A stretch of DNA of 63,625 bases, the filler included, from Globobulimina sp. (Eukaryota), in assembly GCA_003354225.1 (NCBI GenBank). It is 43 parts of 43 records of this genome, joined end to end, with 100 filler letters (N's around TTAATTAATTAA, not from the genome) between each part and the next. Parts side by side here need not be neighbours in the genome. Positions count along the whole stretch, not along the records: positions 50,397 to 51,777 come from PIVH01017603.1; positions 51,878 to 53,258 come from PIVH01017604.1; positions 53,359 to 54,739 come from PIVH01017605.1; positions 54,840 to 56,220 come from PIVH01017606.1; positions 56,321 to 57,701 come from PIVH01017607.1; positions 57,802 to 59,182 come from PIVH01017608.1; positions 59,283 to 60,663 come from PIVH01017609.1; positions 60,764 to 62,144 come from PIVH01017610.1; 35 more parts are not named here. One strand, written 5' to 3'. A program made the position numbers and the translations under genes. Positions 50,397 to 62,370 of this stretch are shown one piece after another. Position 1 is the first letter of the stretch. Each line of letters opens with the position of its first letter. Below the pieces are notes generated by a model. The model did no database searches and was not told the DNA's origin. It saw only the letters and a program-made list of their open reading frames with translations.

Positions 50397-51777
50397 CAAA
50401 AACAACAAAAACAATAAAAACAGAAACAAAAAACACAAAAAGCATTACAGCGAATTAACCGACAAACAAAAATTCGGAAATATCAATAAGAATATTCTGG
50501 ATTTAGCGCCGTCTTTGAAGCCATTACAAATTCGGTTAGACAGCAACGTGCAAAACATTATAAATGATACAATGTCCGAAGACGATGAAAGCTGACATTC
50601 AAATCATTTAAGAATGCGCAAATCCGGTCGTTATCGCTCAAAAACTCCTCCTCCACAATCTACCATTAAATACAAAGAATATAGAAAAAGGGATCGCAAA
50701 TTCCCCAAATCTATATTTAACAAAACTGATTTAGATAAATTACCATTCATTGTACGCATAATTGGCCATAAAGGCCGTAATTATACATTGGATAATCCAT
50801 CGATTGATATTTGGTCCAAAAACTTGAAGCGCTCAAAAACTGCCTTCAAAAAACGTTTATCTTCGCATTTTAATAAATTATATAAAAATGATAAACGAAA
50901 TTCGGAGTTGGAATTAAAAAATGCATACAATTATTTAGATATAAATTTCAATCAACATATCAATAATAAGAAAAGAAAATGCTTTTTCAATAAAAACTAT
51001 TTCATTTCAAGGCAAAATACAACGAAAGCAGTTCGAGGAATTTTGCAAGAGATTAAAAACAACAAATTTACGATTATTGAATCAGATAAAAAGATGGGAT
51101 CCGTTTATATCGATGTTTGTGTCCTCGATTCCGAGGTATTGAAGTTTTTAAATGGTAAACAATTTGAAGTTGTATACGCCACCGACATTGACGTAGCGCG
51201 TAAAGTTGCGGATTTAGTCAGAAAACTAACATACAAACACTTTAATTATTTTAGAGAGCATTGGCGAAATAATCCCATTTACAGAGATTGGCAAAAAATC
51301 GAGAGTGACGCCAAGATTTTGCCTCTCCCGAAACTTAGACCGATGATGAAATTACACAAAGTTGGCTGGCGATTTATATTCAATCCCGGCAAATTTTATA
51401 CAATTTTTATTTCAGTGGAAACCGGAAACATTTTGGATGAGATTCTAATGTGTTTTCAAGAGAAAAAGAAGCAATTCATTGTCCTAAATAATTCATTTGA
51501 AGTCATAAATAATTACAAAATCATTAACAAAGCAAATCATCCATTTACTAACACCGACAGATTTAGTTTCGACTCAGATGTAGTCTCATTGTACGATACT
51601 ATGATTTTGGACCAATGCATAGAGATTTTACAATATATTCAAGATGATTTGCAATATAATCATTTCAAATATCATTTTTTGATTGACAGTCTATATTTTT
51701 TCCGCGATAATACTTACATAAAATATAAGGACTGGTCAAGGCGAATGATTATCGGCATTGGAACAGGTACATCGCAT
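50397..51777 (+). mobile_element. Highly divergent Penelope-like reverse transcriptase (N-terminal half) preceded by an in-frame upstream ORF ending in TGA at 50593-50595
   Basis: TIIESDKKMGSVYID (xADK motif), LRPMMKLHK..WRFI (motifs 1-2), FDSDVVSLYDTM (motif A), IGIGTGT (start of motif B). Confidence 0.7.
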
Positions 51778-51881
51778 NNNNNNNNNNNNNNNNNNNNNNN
51801 NNNNNNNNNNNNNNNNNNNNNTTAATTAATTAANNNNNNNNNNNNNNNNNNNNNNNNNNNNNNNNNNNNNNNNNNNNATTA

Positions 51882-53213
51882 GCTGTATAACATGAATTTG
51901 GTATGCTGAGTTCAAAAATCGTAATACCAAGAATCCTAGAATTGGGCATTTTGTAGCAAATTGTGCTCAAAGTCAGAAAAAACTCAGTTACGACACGGAA
52001 ATCTCAAAATTAGGAAGCTATAACTTTGAACTCAAACATTTTTATAACTTGTCATTATGGACAAAAAATGTCTAAGTGGCTGTTGTAGCCACCTTAAATG
52101 TTTGCGTTCAAAGTTATAGCTTCCTAATTTTGAGATTTCCATGTCGTAACTGAGTTTTTTCTGACTTTGAGCACAATTTGCTACAAAATGCCCAATTCTA
52201 GGATTCTTGGTATTACGATTTTTGAACTCAGCATACCAAATTCATGTTATACAGCAAATTTCAGGACTACAGGTGCTTTGGTTTTGCCACACCATATTGC
52301 TGAACTTGTCTTTTTCGTCGGGATGGTTTCCGTCATGACTCAACTACCTTTACATTAGGGACCATGGCGCCCCAACCATAACAGATCAAGAGCTGAAACT
52401 TTGCAGAACTTCCTTTGGGACCCAAATGAAGTAACATGCAAAGTTTCAGCCTAATCGGAGATGGTCGAGCTGGGACCAATGGTCCACTTGACATGGACAT
52501 GTATGTTTATGGTGACCGTATATGCCATGTTTGAAGCTCATTTTCTCCCCTTATTTGTAAAGAAGCCAAGACGTTAAAAAAAGATTCTGAAAGCGCTTGA
52601 AATGCTCTTTTCAATGGTATAAGCTAAAAAATGATCCGAGTTATCCCACATGGCCAACATTAGGCCTGAATATAGGCCAAATTTGACTTCTTTTTTTCCG
52701 GAGCATTTTCAGTCAGATATATCTCATAAGTGAAAGAAGCTTGAAAGCTGAAATTTGAACATGGCTACAACAGCCACTTTGACAGTTTATGTGCAAAACG
52801 ACAGGTTATAAAAATGTTTGGGTTCAAAGTTATGACTTCCTAATTTTGAGATTTACGTCGTCGTAACCGATTTTTTTCTGACTTTGAGCACAATTTGATA
52901 CAAAATGCCCAATTCTAGGACTCTTGATATTAAGATTTTTGAACTCAGCATGAAAAATTCATGTTACACAGCAAATTTCAGGACTACAGGTGCATTGGTT
53001 TTGCCACACCATGTTGCTGAACTTGTCTTTTTCGTCGGGATGGTTTCCGTCACGACTCAACTACCTTTACATTAGGGACCATGGTGCCCCACCCATAACA
53101 GCTCAAGAGCTGAAACTTTGCAGAACTTGATGTGGGACCCAAATGAAGTAACATGCAAAGTTTCAGCCAAATCGGAGATGGTCGAGCTGGGACCATTGGT
53201 CCACTTGACATGG
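51882..53213. repeat. Non-coding composite repeat: inverted copy 51882-52091, direct copies ~52096-52497 and ~52762-53213
   Basis: ~160-bp near-perfect foldback (51882-52041 vs 52096-52255); ~400-bp diverged direct duplication; internal 14-bp IR GCTGAAACTTTGCA/TGCAAAGTTTCAGC (52392-52450). Confidence 0.92.
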
Positions 53214-53487
53214 AATGACCCACGGAATGTGGACAGACAACCATATTATGCCTTTGTGNNNNNNNNNNNNNNNNNNNNNNNNNNNNNNNNNNNNNNNNNN
53301 NNTTAATTAATTAANNNNNNNNNNNNNNNNNNNNNNNNNNNNNNNNNNNNNNNNNNNNTATCAAAACGTTGCGATAAATTGGTTTGTAAAATTTACCTGA
53401 ATTGGTTGTTCTGGTTTTTAATGAAGGATGGAAACACTTGTTTTTGTAACTCCAAACTTTCTTTTTCTGCATCTCTTTTCTTAGAAC

Positions 53488-54739
53488 ATGGCTTTTCTTA
53501 GATTGAGCAAATTGCTTTCACATTTAACAAGTGGTATATTGTGCATTTATATTTTACCGCATATAATTGGCGACAAAAAATTAAAATATTTCAGCGGCAA
53601 ATGAGACACGCAAAATAGTGATTTGTGGAGGTGGTAATGCAGCACATGTGTTTACAGGGGTAATTGCCTCAAATCCAGCCAACGAAGTACATTTATTCTC
53701 GTTATATAAAACTGAAGCAGCAGATTTCAAAAAAGAATTAAATAAAACTGCCGATAAATTATTAACCGTTCAGGTGACGCAAGCTCAGAAACAAATACGT
53801 GCCGCTCCGCATAATATAACAAACGATGCGTCATGTTTAGAAGGCGCAGATACTGTCATCATCTCCTTGCCAGCCTTTGCGCACAATCAATACTTGCGTG
53901 CCATCAAAGACAATATAACCCCAAGAACAGGCAAAAAAACATTGGTGGCAGTATTCCCCGGCGCCTCTGGCTTGGAATGTGAATGGCAAAGTATATTCGG
54001 TGCAAAACAGAATGATTTTGTATTATTATCCTGTATCACCAATCCGTGGGCCTGTCGTATACTTAAATTTGGGCAAAAAGCAGAGATTTTAGGCACCAAA
54101 AACCAGGTTGAAGTTTGTGTAAAACCCGCAGAGGATAAAGAGAAATATATTTGGATGATACGGGACTTAATTGGCTCTCCCCCAAAGATTGTAGATAACG
54201 GACATATATTAAACATGTCATTGGCCGCAGTAAATGCCATTATTCATCCACCGATAATGTACGCACGATGGAAAGAGTGGGACGGCAAAGCAGTGAAAGA
54301 AAAGCCATTATTTTATCAAGCCATCACCGAAGAAGGCGCAAAATTAATGTGGTCGTTAAGCGACGAGGCGTTGCTGATTACGAGATGTATTGAGCAAGAA
54401 ACGGGGGTCACATTAATTAAACAGCATATCTATGATTGGTATATTAGTAGTTATGGTGCAGACTGTAGTGACATATCAACATTACAACGGATAATCGTAA
54501 CTAATCCTGGTTATAATGGCTTAACTCATCCATGTGTTGCCGATGAAGCGTCGGGTGGTTATGTGCCGAATTTTCAATATAGATATTTATCTGAAGATAT
54601 TCCTATGGGTTTAGTAGTTATGCGTGGTTTATCGCTAATTCTTGAGGAACGATATAAGAAAAAATGCGAAACGCCAGTAATGGATAGTATTATTCAATGG
54701 GCTCAGAAACAATTAAACAAAGAATATTTGAGATATAAT
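53488..54739 (+). CDS. Opine (octopine/tauropine-type) dehydrogenase; exon 1 53488-53533, intron 53534-53594; 3' partial
   Basis: ICGGGNAAH Rossmann, SLPAFAH, NPWACRI, NAIIHPP, PLFYQ, RYLSEDIPMGL; exon 2 has no in-frame ATG before the Rossmann motif, and a 61-nt GT..AG intron supplies MAFLRLSKLLSHLTSA. Confidence 0.9.
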
Positions 54740-54894
54740 NNNNNNNNNNNNNNNNNNNNNNNNNNNNNNNNNNNNNNNNNNNNTTAATTAATTAANNNNN
54801 NNNNNNNNNNNNNNNNNNNNNNNNNNNNNNNNNNNNNNNTCAATATCTTTTTTATCACTTATTTAACTCAACTCAAAAAAACCATTACAAGATC

Positions 54895-55725
54895 ATGCAT
54901 CTTCAAAAGATAGAATTACCTAAACGACGAACATGGGACAAAGAAAAATTCGCTAAACGAGCTAAGGACAAAAAAGAAAAGGAAACCCAAGAAATTCTGA
55001 ATCTTGATTTGGATGAATTAAAAAACCAACCATCCCACACAGAGAAAAGTTAACGTAAATCAATGCCTCTGTCCTTGCACCATTCAATCAAATAACAACT
55101 AAATAAATAAGGACACCGAGGTACTATAATTAAACGCGATTTATTACGACCACGAGGCCATGAGATAAATTTGAATGAGAAAATTGGAAAACGGCATGTT
55201 ATAACCGACAAAACAGCGGATCATGAAAAGTCCGGTTGGTATTGTTTTGAATGCAAATGTCAATTAAAAGACAGCCACACTTATTTGGATCATATAAATG
55301 GCAAAAAGCATCAACGTGTGTTGGGAATGAGTATGAAAACACCAACCTCCACGTTGGTGCAAGTTAAGAATAGATTGGAATATCACACTCGGAAACGGAA
55401 TAGAAATGAATTTGAAAATGAACTCGATGTCGTTGATCGGATACAATTAAGAAAGGCAAAAGAGAAAAGACAAAAGGAATTAAAAAAACAATCTAAAAAA
55501 AGAAGGAAGTTAGCTAAGAAACAAGCGGATATTGATATGGAATATGGAGCACTGTATAATAATAATAATAATGCGCATCAATATAGGAATATTAATATAA
55601 ATGATGATAAAAATCAGAAAAGTAATGCAAAGAATGAGGAAATTGAATATGTGAAAGAAGGTATTGATCCGGAAATGGCTGCAATGGGATTTACTTTTTC
55701 CTTTGGTGGCTCGAAAAAGACTTAA
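54895..55725 (+). CDS. ZMAT2: Spliceosomal matrin-type zinc finger protein (ZMAT2/Snu23); intron 55049-55111
   Basis: RRTWDKE, GWYCFECKCQLKDSHTYLDHINGKKHQRVLGMSM, C-terminal MAAMGFTFSFGGSKK. Confidence 0.93.
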
Positions 55726-56320
55726 AATGTTCATTACAACATATTTTATTGTAAAACGTGCGAAGGTTTCTTATTTATTGTATCAAAAAAAACTGCTACA
55801 TATGCATATAAAAAATATGCAATGAAAAAGAAATCTATAATGTAATATTTCCATTTTTTTGCCATATATAACAGGCCCTTTTCTCACAGTAATTGTGTGC
55901 TTGCACTGAGGAATATCCCGTTTAGATACGAAAAAAAGTGCATTAGTGCAAGGATAAACAAAATCATTCAATTCGCATCAAATTGTGATTTTTGACGCTT
56001 TATAATGATGGTTTACAACTTACACGAACTGAGAATGACGAAACGAACTGACATTCACAGGCGAAATCATTGAAAACGTTTGCTTCAAAATCATTTTATT
56101 ATTACATGTCCAAGTCCATGACAGCTTTATTTTTACTCTTGTGATTTTTGGTCATTTTTAGCTGGTTTTTTATCTTTTTTAGCTGATTTTTTGTCTTTTT
56201 TAGTCTTTTGTTGTTTTTTANNNNNNNNNNNNNNNNNNNNNNNNNNNNNNNNNNNNNNNNNNNNTTAATTAATTAANNNNNNNNNNNNNNNNNNNNNNNN
56301 NNNNNNNNNNNNNNNNNNNN

Positions 56321-56356
<36 letters not shown>

Positions 56357-56599
56357 ACGGAACGAGACTTAATAACACACAGTACATTACAAAAAAAAAC
56401 AGACAATGTTATTAATTACAAATGAATCGAAACTAAAAGTATCTAAAAACTTGGCAATAAAATAAAATAAAAAATCAAACAAATTTAAATATTTTCCAAA
56501 CAAAGAAATCAATGCATGTTTATTTTAATTGGATAGAATTTATTCCACTTTGTTGATAAAGACATAAAATAAAGACATTATTCAATTTATTTTAACGTA

Positions 56600-57701
56600 T
56601 CACTTACTTTTCTTACTGTTCGCATCAAAACTGTTATTATTCAAATCAAACGAGTTGGGAGTCAACGCCGCAATGTTCGTAGATGACTGCGAATGATGCT
56701 GATGCACAGCCAATGGATGCGGATACGCCTTATAGTTGCCGCCGACCGCAGACACTTTGAATTTGCTGCCTGTCCCCGAATGGCCAGGATGCATATTACT
56801 ATTTAGGCTGTGGCTATGGCTGTGGCTATGAGCTGGAGACTCTATCAACGGCATCGACGACGAATGGTAATGTAGGCCCCGATTAATATGAATAAAGTTG
56901 CTCTCCATTAGTTCGTCGCCCATCTGCAAACCCGTCAATATGTCCATTTGCTTACTGTGCAATTGCATGCTGGGCTTACTATTCAACGACAATTGCGAGC
57001 TGATCACTGGTAGCTTACTCTGATTCTGCTGATTATGTCCGTTGGCTTGCAACGAGAATGTGTTCCCATGCATGTCCTCCGCGGCGAAATTCATAGTCAT
57101 CGGCGGTGAGCTGCCCTGTGTACTATTATTTGCATTCGACAATGCTATCGATTTCTTTCTCGTTTCTAATCGTAACTGCTTTAATTGATGTAAATCGCTC
57201 CGAAACGCATCAAATTCTTTCTTCTGTTTCAATTCAAATTGTTTCACTCGCTCTAAATAGACCTTATCCATAGACTCCTTATACAAATAATACTCGTCTC
57301 CGGCGATATTGCTCTTATCCTCGCTCGCCGCCACATTGCCGACAGCATCCTCATTCTCGTTCAGCTCTTGCGTCAATTGCAATATCTGCAGCTGGTCGTC
57401 CACAATCGACCGGAACTTATTCCGTTGTTTATCCTGTTTACATTTCAGTTTGTTCGCAGTCGATTGCGTCTCCGATATGCATTTGGCCGCATTATGTTTG
57501 TGTTTCTGCAGTTTGAGTAACAACATTTCGGTCTGGTCCCCGTAATATTGGTTATATTCCTCCTCCAACTGCTTCTTTTCGCGTATGATGCGACTCTCCG
57601 ATGTATGCCACGTCTTATACGACACGTTCTTCAGACTCCCCATCCTCTGCTGAATGCTGCCTATCTCGCGCCCCAAAGCCAACCTTTCCGGTAATTGCTG
57701 T
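56600..57701 (-). CDS. Coiled-coil protein with low-complexity Ser/His tail, 3' part
   Basis: 360-aa open frame with stop, followed by an AT-rich 3' region. Confidence 0.6.
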
Positions 57702-58027
57702 NNNNNNNNNNNNNNNNNNNNNNNNNNNNNNNNNNNNNNNNNNNNTTAATTAATTAANNNNNNNNNNNNNNNNNNNNNNNNNNNNNNNNNNNNNNNNNNN
57801 NATTATTGCTTTTACTGCCTCTTTACATAATCTCGGCAAATCTGGTGTTGTTGTGTTTGCTTTAGAATTTGTATTTATATTTCTTAAGTTAACAAACATT
57901 TGTTAGGTAATTTATTTATAAATTAACAATCTTCTTGTAACGCTTGAAAGTTTGCTGCTAAATTCATTATCTCCACAACCTGGAAGCACTATACAAAAAA
58001 AACAAAAACTTCAGACAGAGACTAAGC

Positions 58028-59182
58028 ATGTCTCAACATTCAAAACAATCAAAACTTTCCACCGAATCGTTATCTTTAGAATCCACGTCAATATCCATAC
58101 ATTCTTCTGACACGGAAACAGATTCTTTGTCGGCCAATCAGTATATAATACGTAACAGGGTCGCATTTTTCTTTATCGGTATGTTTTGCATTAATATTTT
58201 ACATTATCATATGTTATGCATAATAAATAAATAAATAAATATTAAAGGTTTATGCTCTTTATCACTTCAATCATTTGTGAATGTAATAGCAAACAAAGCA
58301 TTAGGACTAGGCAAGCATACATCTGTTATCTTCTTAGCGTTGTATCTCCCTCAAGTTATTCTGCGAATGTACACGGATTGTTGGTCCAAATTACTGTCAT
58401 ACCATACTCGTTTAATGATTACTGCAATGATGGCTGTTGTAGCATTAATATTATTATATGTGTACATGGACGAAAGCTCAAATATTGTTGATGCAGATTT
58501 ATTACATTTACCGCGGATTTATGTTTTGCTGAGTACGACATTAATTGGTATAAGTACTACCATTGGAGAAGTCTCAGGTTTTGGATATTGCACTTTTTAT
58601 GAAAAACAATGTACAAATACTATGTCAAGTGGTGGTGGCTTTGGTGCATTGTTAGGTGCCGCCATATCCTTCATTCAAAATGAATTGCATTTCAGTAATA
58701 AAGCAATCATTATTGGCTGCTTTTTTTTCCCTATTGGTTTAGCTGTGTCATATTCATTGGCTCTCACTCACAAATCATTAAAATCGACAATTTCTAGAAA
58801 AAATCGATCACGGATTTTATCAGAATCAACCAGCAAAATTAGCCAAATGTCAATGTCCGAATTGGATATCGAGAATACACGGATTGGAGTACATATGACG
58901 ATTAAGCTTTTGACAATTGATTTATTTGAATACACGTTGCCGTTATTTTCTGTTTATTTCTTATACAATATTGTTTTGGCTGGTTTTATTGCGCCATCAG
59001 TTATGTTACTTATTACTTATATGATGTGCTGTTACTATCACAGTATAACTATTATATATATTTTATATTTAGTTTGATGTATTTGATGCATCTTACAATC
59101 CGCCGAGCAGACTTGAACGGTTTGGAAAGGTTTATCAATATTTTGTTTTCTCTCTGAGGATTGGAGTATTTTTGGGTAAGTC
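58028..59182 (+). CDS. Battenin (CLN3/BTN1) family transporter; intron 58179-58247 and probably another near 59000-59072
   Basis: VAFFFIG|LC, LSYHTRL, GISTTIGEVSGFGY, MSSGGGFGALLGA, YTLPLFSVYF. Confidence 0.8.
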
Positions 59183-59282
59183 NNNNNNNNNNNNNNNNNN
59201 NNNNNNNNNNNNNNNNNNNNNNNNNNTTAATTAATTAANNNNNNNNNNNNNNNNNNNNNNNNNNNNNNNNNNNNNNNNNNNN

Positions 59283-60663
59283 CATCACCACAGCAATCAC
59301 CATCGGCATCACCATCACCATCACCATCACCATCGCCACCAGTACAAGTACAACAGGTAGATGTCGAGGTTGATGTTGGTGTTGAGGTTGAACCAGAACC
59401 AGAACCAGAAGAAGAACCAGAAGAAGAACCTCAAGAAGAAGAAGAGTACCAAGTGGAAGAAGAAAAAGAGGATATAGCCACAGTGTATGTTATTTTGCGT
59501 ATTTGCGTGTTTGTTTATTTATTTATTTGTTTTTCCGTGCGTCCGTCATGTGTTTAGTTCCGAGCTGTTGGAGTTTGCCTATAATGAGTTAGTTTGCAGT
59601 GAAGCGAAATCCGTTGATTTTGTAGTAACAATATGTAAATTATGGCCCATGAATGCAGCGTATCCCATCCATTTAGGTGCCATGATAGAAATGGTAATTG
59701 CGGATAAAACCAAACAGCATTTGTATGGCAGCATTATTACTCATAAGTACTACCATATTTTACAAAAAGAATTAAGGCAATATTCTGGCTCCTTATTACA
59801 ACCCGATATTAAACAAATGGCCAATCTGTGCAACACAGTCGGCAGTGATAAATTTTGCTGTTTATCTACAAACATCTTACATTCCTTTAAAAAACTATTA
59901 AATGGCAACAAATTTGCATTAGATTTTGCTCCCTTATTACAACACACTGCAAAACAAACGACTATTAGCACTCATTCACCATCACATTCACATACGTCGC
60001 AGTCATCGCAGTCTCCAGCTCTTTCTTCAAAAAGCAAACGCAAGCCACCAAAACCAAAACCAAAAGCAAAACAAAAAGCAAAACAAAAACCAAAAGCAAA
60101 CCCAAAACAAAGACAAAAACAAAAAGAAAAAGCAAAAATCAAAATAAAATCAAAACCGAAGGTAAAACCGACAGTTAAACCGATGGGAAAGGCAAAAGTC
60201 AACGGCAAAGGCAAAGAAAAACGAGACAAAAAAGGCAAAAAAGTACCGAAGCCAATTCGAAAACGTATATTATATTCGCATGGTGCGTACATATCGTGTT
60301 CAGAGTGCGATGCGTGCCCAATAAGAGGGGCCAGATATGTTTGTATGATCAGAGAGAATTATAATATTTGTCAAGAATGTGAAGATAAATTGGAGAATGA
60401 TAATAAAGTGCAATATCCAATGATAAAGATTTATAAACCTCGACCAAATTGGCATATTAAAAATTTTAAAGGTTTACAAGAATTAGTGGCCATCCCTCAA
60501 ATTCAAACACAAACACAAACACAAACACAAACACAACAACCACCACAGCCACAGCCACAGCAACAGCCACAGCAACAACCGCCAGAACAAAAGGAAAAAC
60601 ACCAAGCGCCAGCAACTATTACTAGTGTGAATAGCGTGACTAGTAAGAATAGTATTACTGTTG
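59283..60663 (+). CDS. ZZ-type zinc finger protein with S/P-, K- and Q-rich tracts; intron ~59485-59558
   Basis: HGAYISCSECDACPIRGARYVCMIRENYNICQECE. Confidence 0.75.
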
Positions 60664-60763
60664 NNNNNNNNNNNNNNNNNNNNNNNNNNNNNNNNNNNNN
60701 NNNNNNNTTAATTAATTAANNNNNNNNNNNNNNNNNNNNNNNNNNNNNNNNNNNNNNNNNNNN

Positions 60764-61149
60764 GAATAGCTCAATGGCGCCGGCACAGATTCAAAAGTAA
60801 TATATAATCTATACACAAAAATCAGATGACATAAAAGCTTCGCTATTCCAATTGTAATAATTTGAACGTCTGTTAACAGTCTGGCACAGCAAACATAGGT
60901 TTGTGAATTTATCGTATTTGTATATAACATCGCGAATATGTTCGACACCACGAAAAATGAACAGGATATTAACGATCCCCATAACACATATGAACGTAAT
61001 TTAGTGTCTTTTTGTTGTGATTTAATTGCAGCTTCACTTCTTTTATGTGGATATGCTTTGGCTAACAATGCAATGCAGGTTGTTGCAGATATGATCAATA
61101 AAATTGCTCCACTGGCACTGCAAATGATTGTCCCTGTGTTGGTTGACAT
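60764..61149 (-). CDS. Multi-pass membrane protein (GPCR-like), 5' part
   Basis: Three TM helices; LIFVYRLYITF at the end of TM3. Confidence 0.55.
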
Positions 61150-61211
61150 GTTAGAACTAGATTTAAGTGATAGTTCATTTAAAAAATTTTGTTAATATTA
61201 GGCACGTTTTC

Positions 61212-62144
61212 ATGACTCTCAAACTATTCCACAGAGATAATTATGTCGTTCTATTGATAAGAAGAATTGTGGAATATTCGGAATCAATCTCAAACAGAAA
61301 AAATGGACACAATTCCTTGCTAATATTATTCAATGCGCTGATCACAGTATATTTAAAAATATGTGCACGAATCTTTCGCACATTGTATTGGTTAATAGCT
61401 CCCAATATGATATTTAAATTAACCTTTCGTCATATTGTCTTATTCGGCATCATGTTCGCCACTCCATCCCTCACCCGATTGACCATCCAACCATTCGCAA
61501 AATACCTCCGCTACAACATCTTCTTACGCATAGTAATGGGCAAAGAATGGGTCTCCAAATACCGCAAAATCAAACAAAAATCCTGTGCACCAAACATAAG
61601 CTACCAAGAATATGGCGAAATAGTCTCCAAATTGGATGAAATGGATGGTTTGGATGCCTGGCGCATCAACAAAGCGTCCACGCATTACTCTCATTTGCGA
61701 ATACAACAAGATCTGATAGAACTGCGTAAGTACAACAATAACAGCAACAGCGTGGCCAATGTCCGCGGCTTAATGCAATTCCTCCGCTCGCGCATAGCGC
61801 GCAATTACTGCGGCATCAGCAATACCAAATTGTACTCGCACACCAGACTGGGAACCAAGAAGTTGATCGAAGACTTCATCGACAACATCAGCCAATCACT
61901 GAACTACATCGCCACAGAAACCCGTTCCCGCATTTCCTGCCAAGAGAAAATTGTCTATTTCCAAGAGCTGCGCCACGTCCTCGGCAGGACTGCACTGTGC
62001 TTATCTGGCGGCGGCACATTGGGCGCATACCACATAGGTTTGTCATCCGCTGCAAGTACTGTATATATATGCTAATTTTGTAATAAATCCATAGGTGTTG
62101 TGCTGGCCATGCATGCAAACAATTTATTGCCCAAAATCATCACC
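61212..62144 (+). CDS. Patatin-like triacylglycerol lipase (TGL3/4/SDP1 family); intron 62038-62094; 3' partial
   Basis: LDEMDGLDAWR, RNYCGISN.KLY...GTKKLIEDFI, LGRTALCLSGGGTLGAYHIG|VV...LLPKIIT. Confidence 0.9.
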
Positions 62145-62244
62145 NNNNNNNNNNNNNNNNNNNNNNNNNNNNNNNNNNNNNNNNNNNNTTAATTAATTAA
62201 NNNNNNNNNNNNNNNNNNNNNNNNNNNNNNNNNNNNNNNNNNNN

Positions 62245-62308
62245 AGAGACGCTGCGTGACACCTTTGCCAATTCCAGCAGATGCTCCTGTTATAATTGCT
62301 GTTGGCAT
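62245..62308 (-). CDS. Short-chain dehydrogenase/reductase, 5' end (absent from the ORF track)
   Basis: MPTAIITGASAGIGKGVTQRL, TGxxxGIG motif. Confidence 0.8.
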
Positions 62309-62370
62309 TATTTGAGTTGATATTTTTTTATTACTGATTCGAAAAACTCAAAATCCTAAAAAAAAACAAA

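Noticed and set aside
50560-50613. Hammerhead ribozyme beside the PLE-like RT
   Set aside because: No CTGANGA...GAAA core with pairing stems found
56321-56355. Poly(A) runs at contig starts (also 1-18)
   Set aside because: Homopolymers where assembly broke; they do not lie in the polyadenylation orientation of the adjacent minus-strand frames and no retrocopy hallmarks are visible
59972-60292. Hydrophobic F/C/G-rich minus-strand ORF
   Set aside because: Antisense of the Lys/Pro/Gln low-complexity tract
1384-62244. Regularly spaced TTAATTAATTAA 'repeat' with ~1.4-kb 'spacers'
   Set aside because: Artificial scaffolding linker flanked by Ns; not a CRISPR array, satellite or nanochromosome telomere
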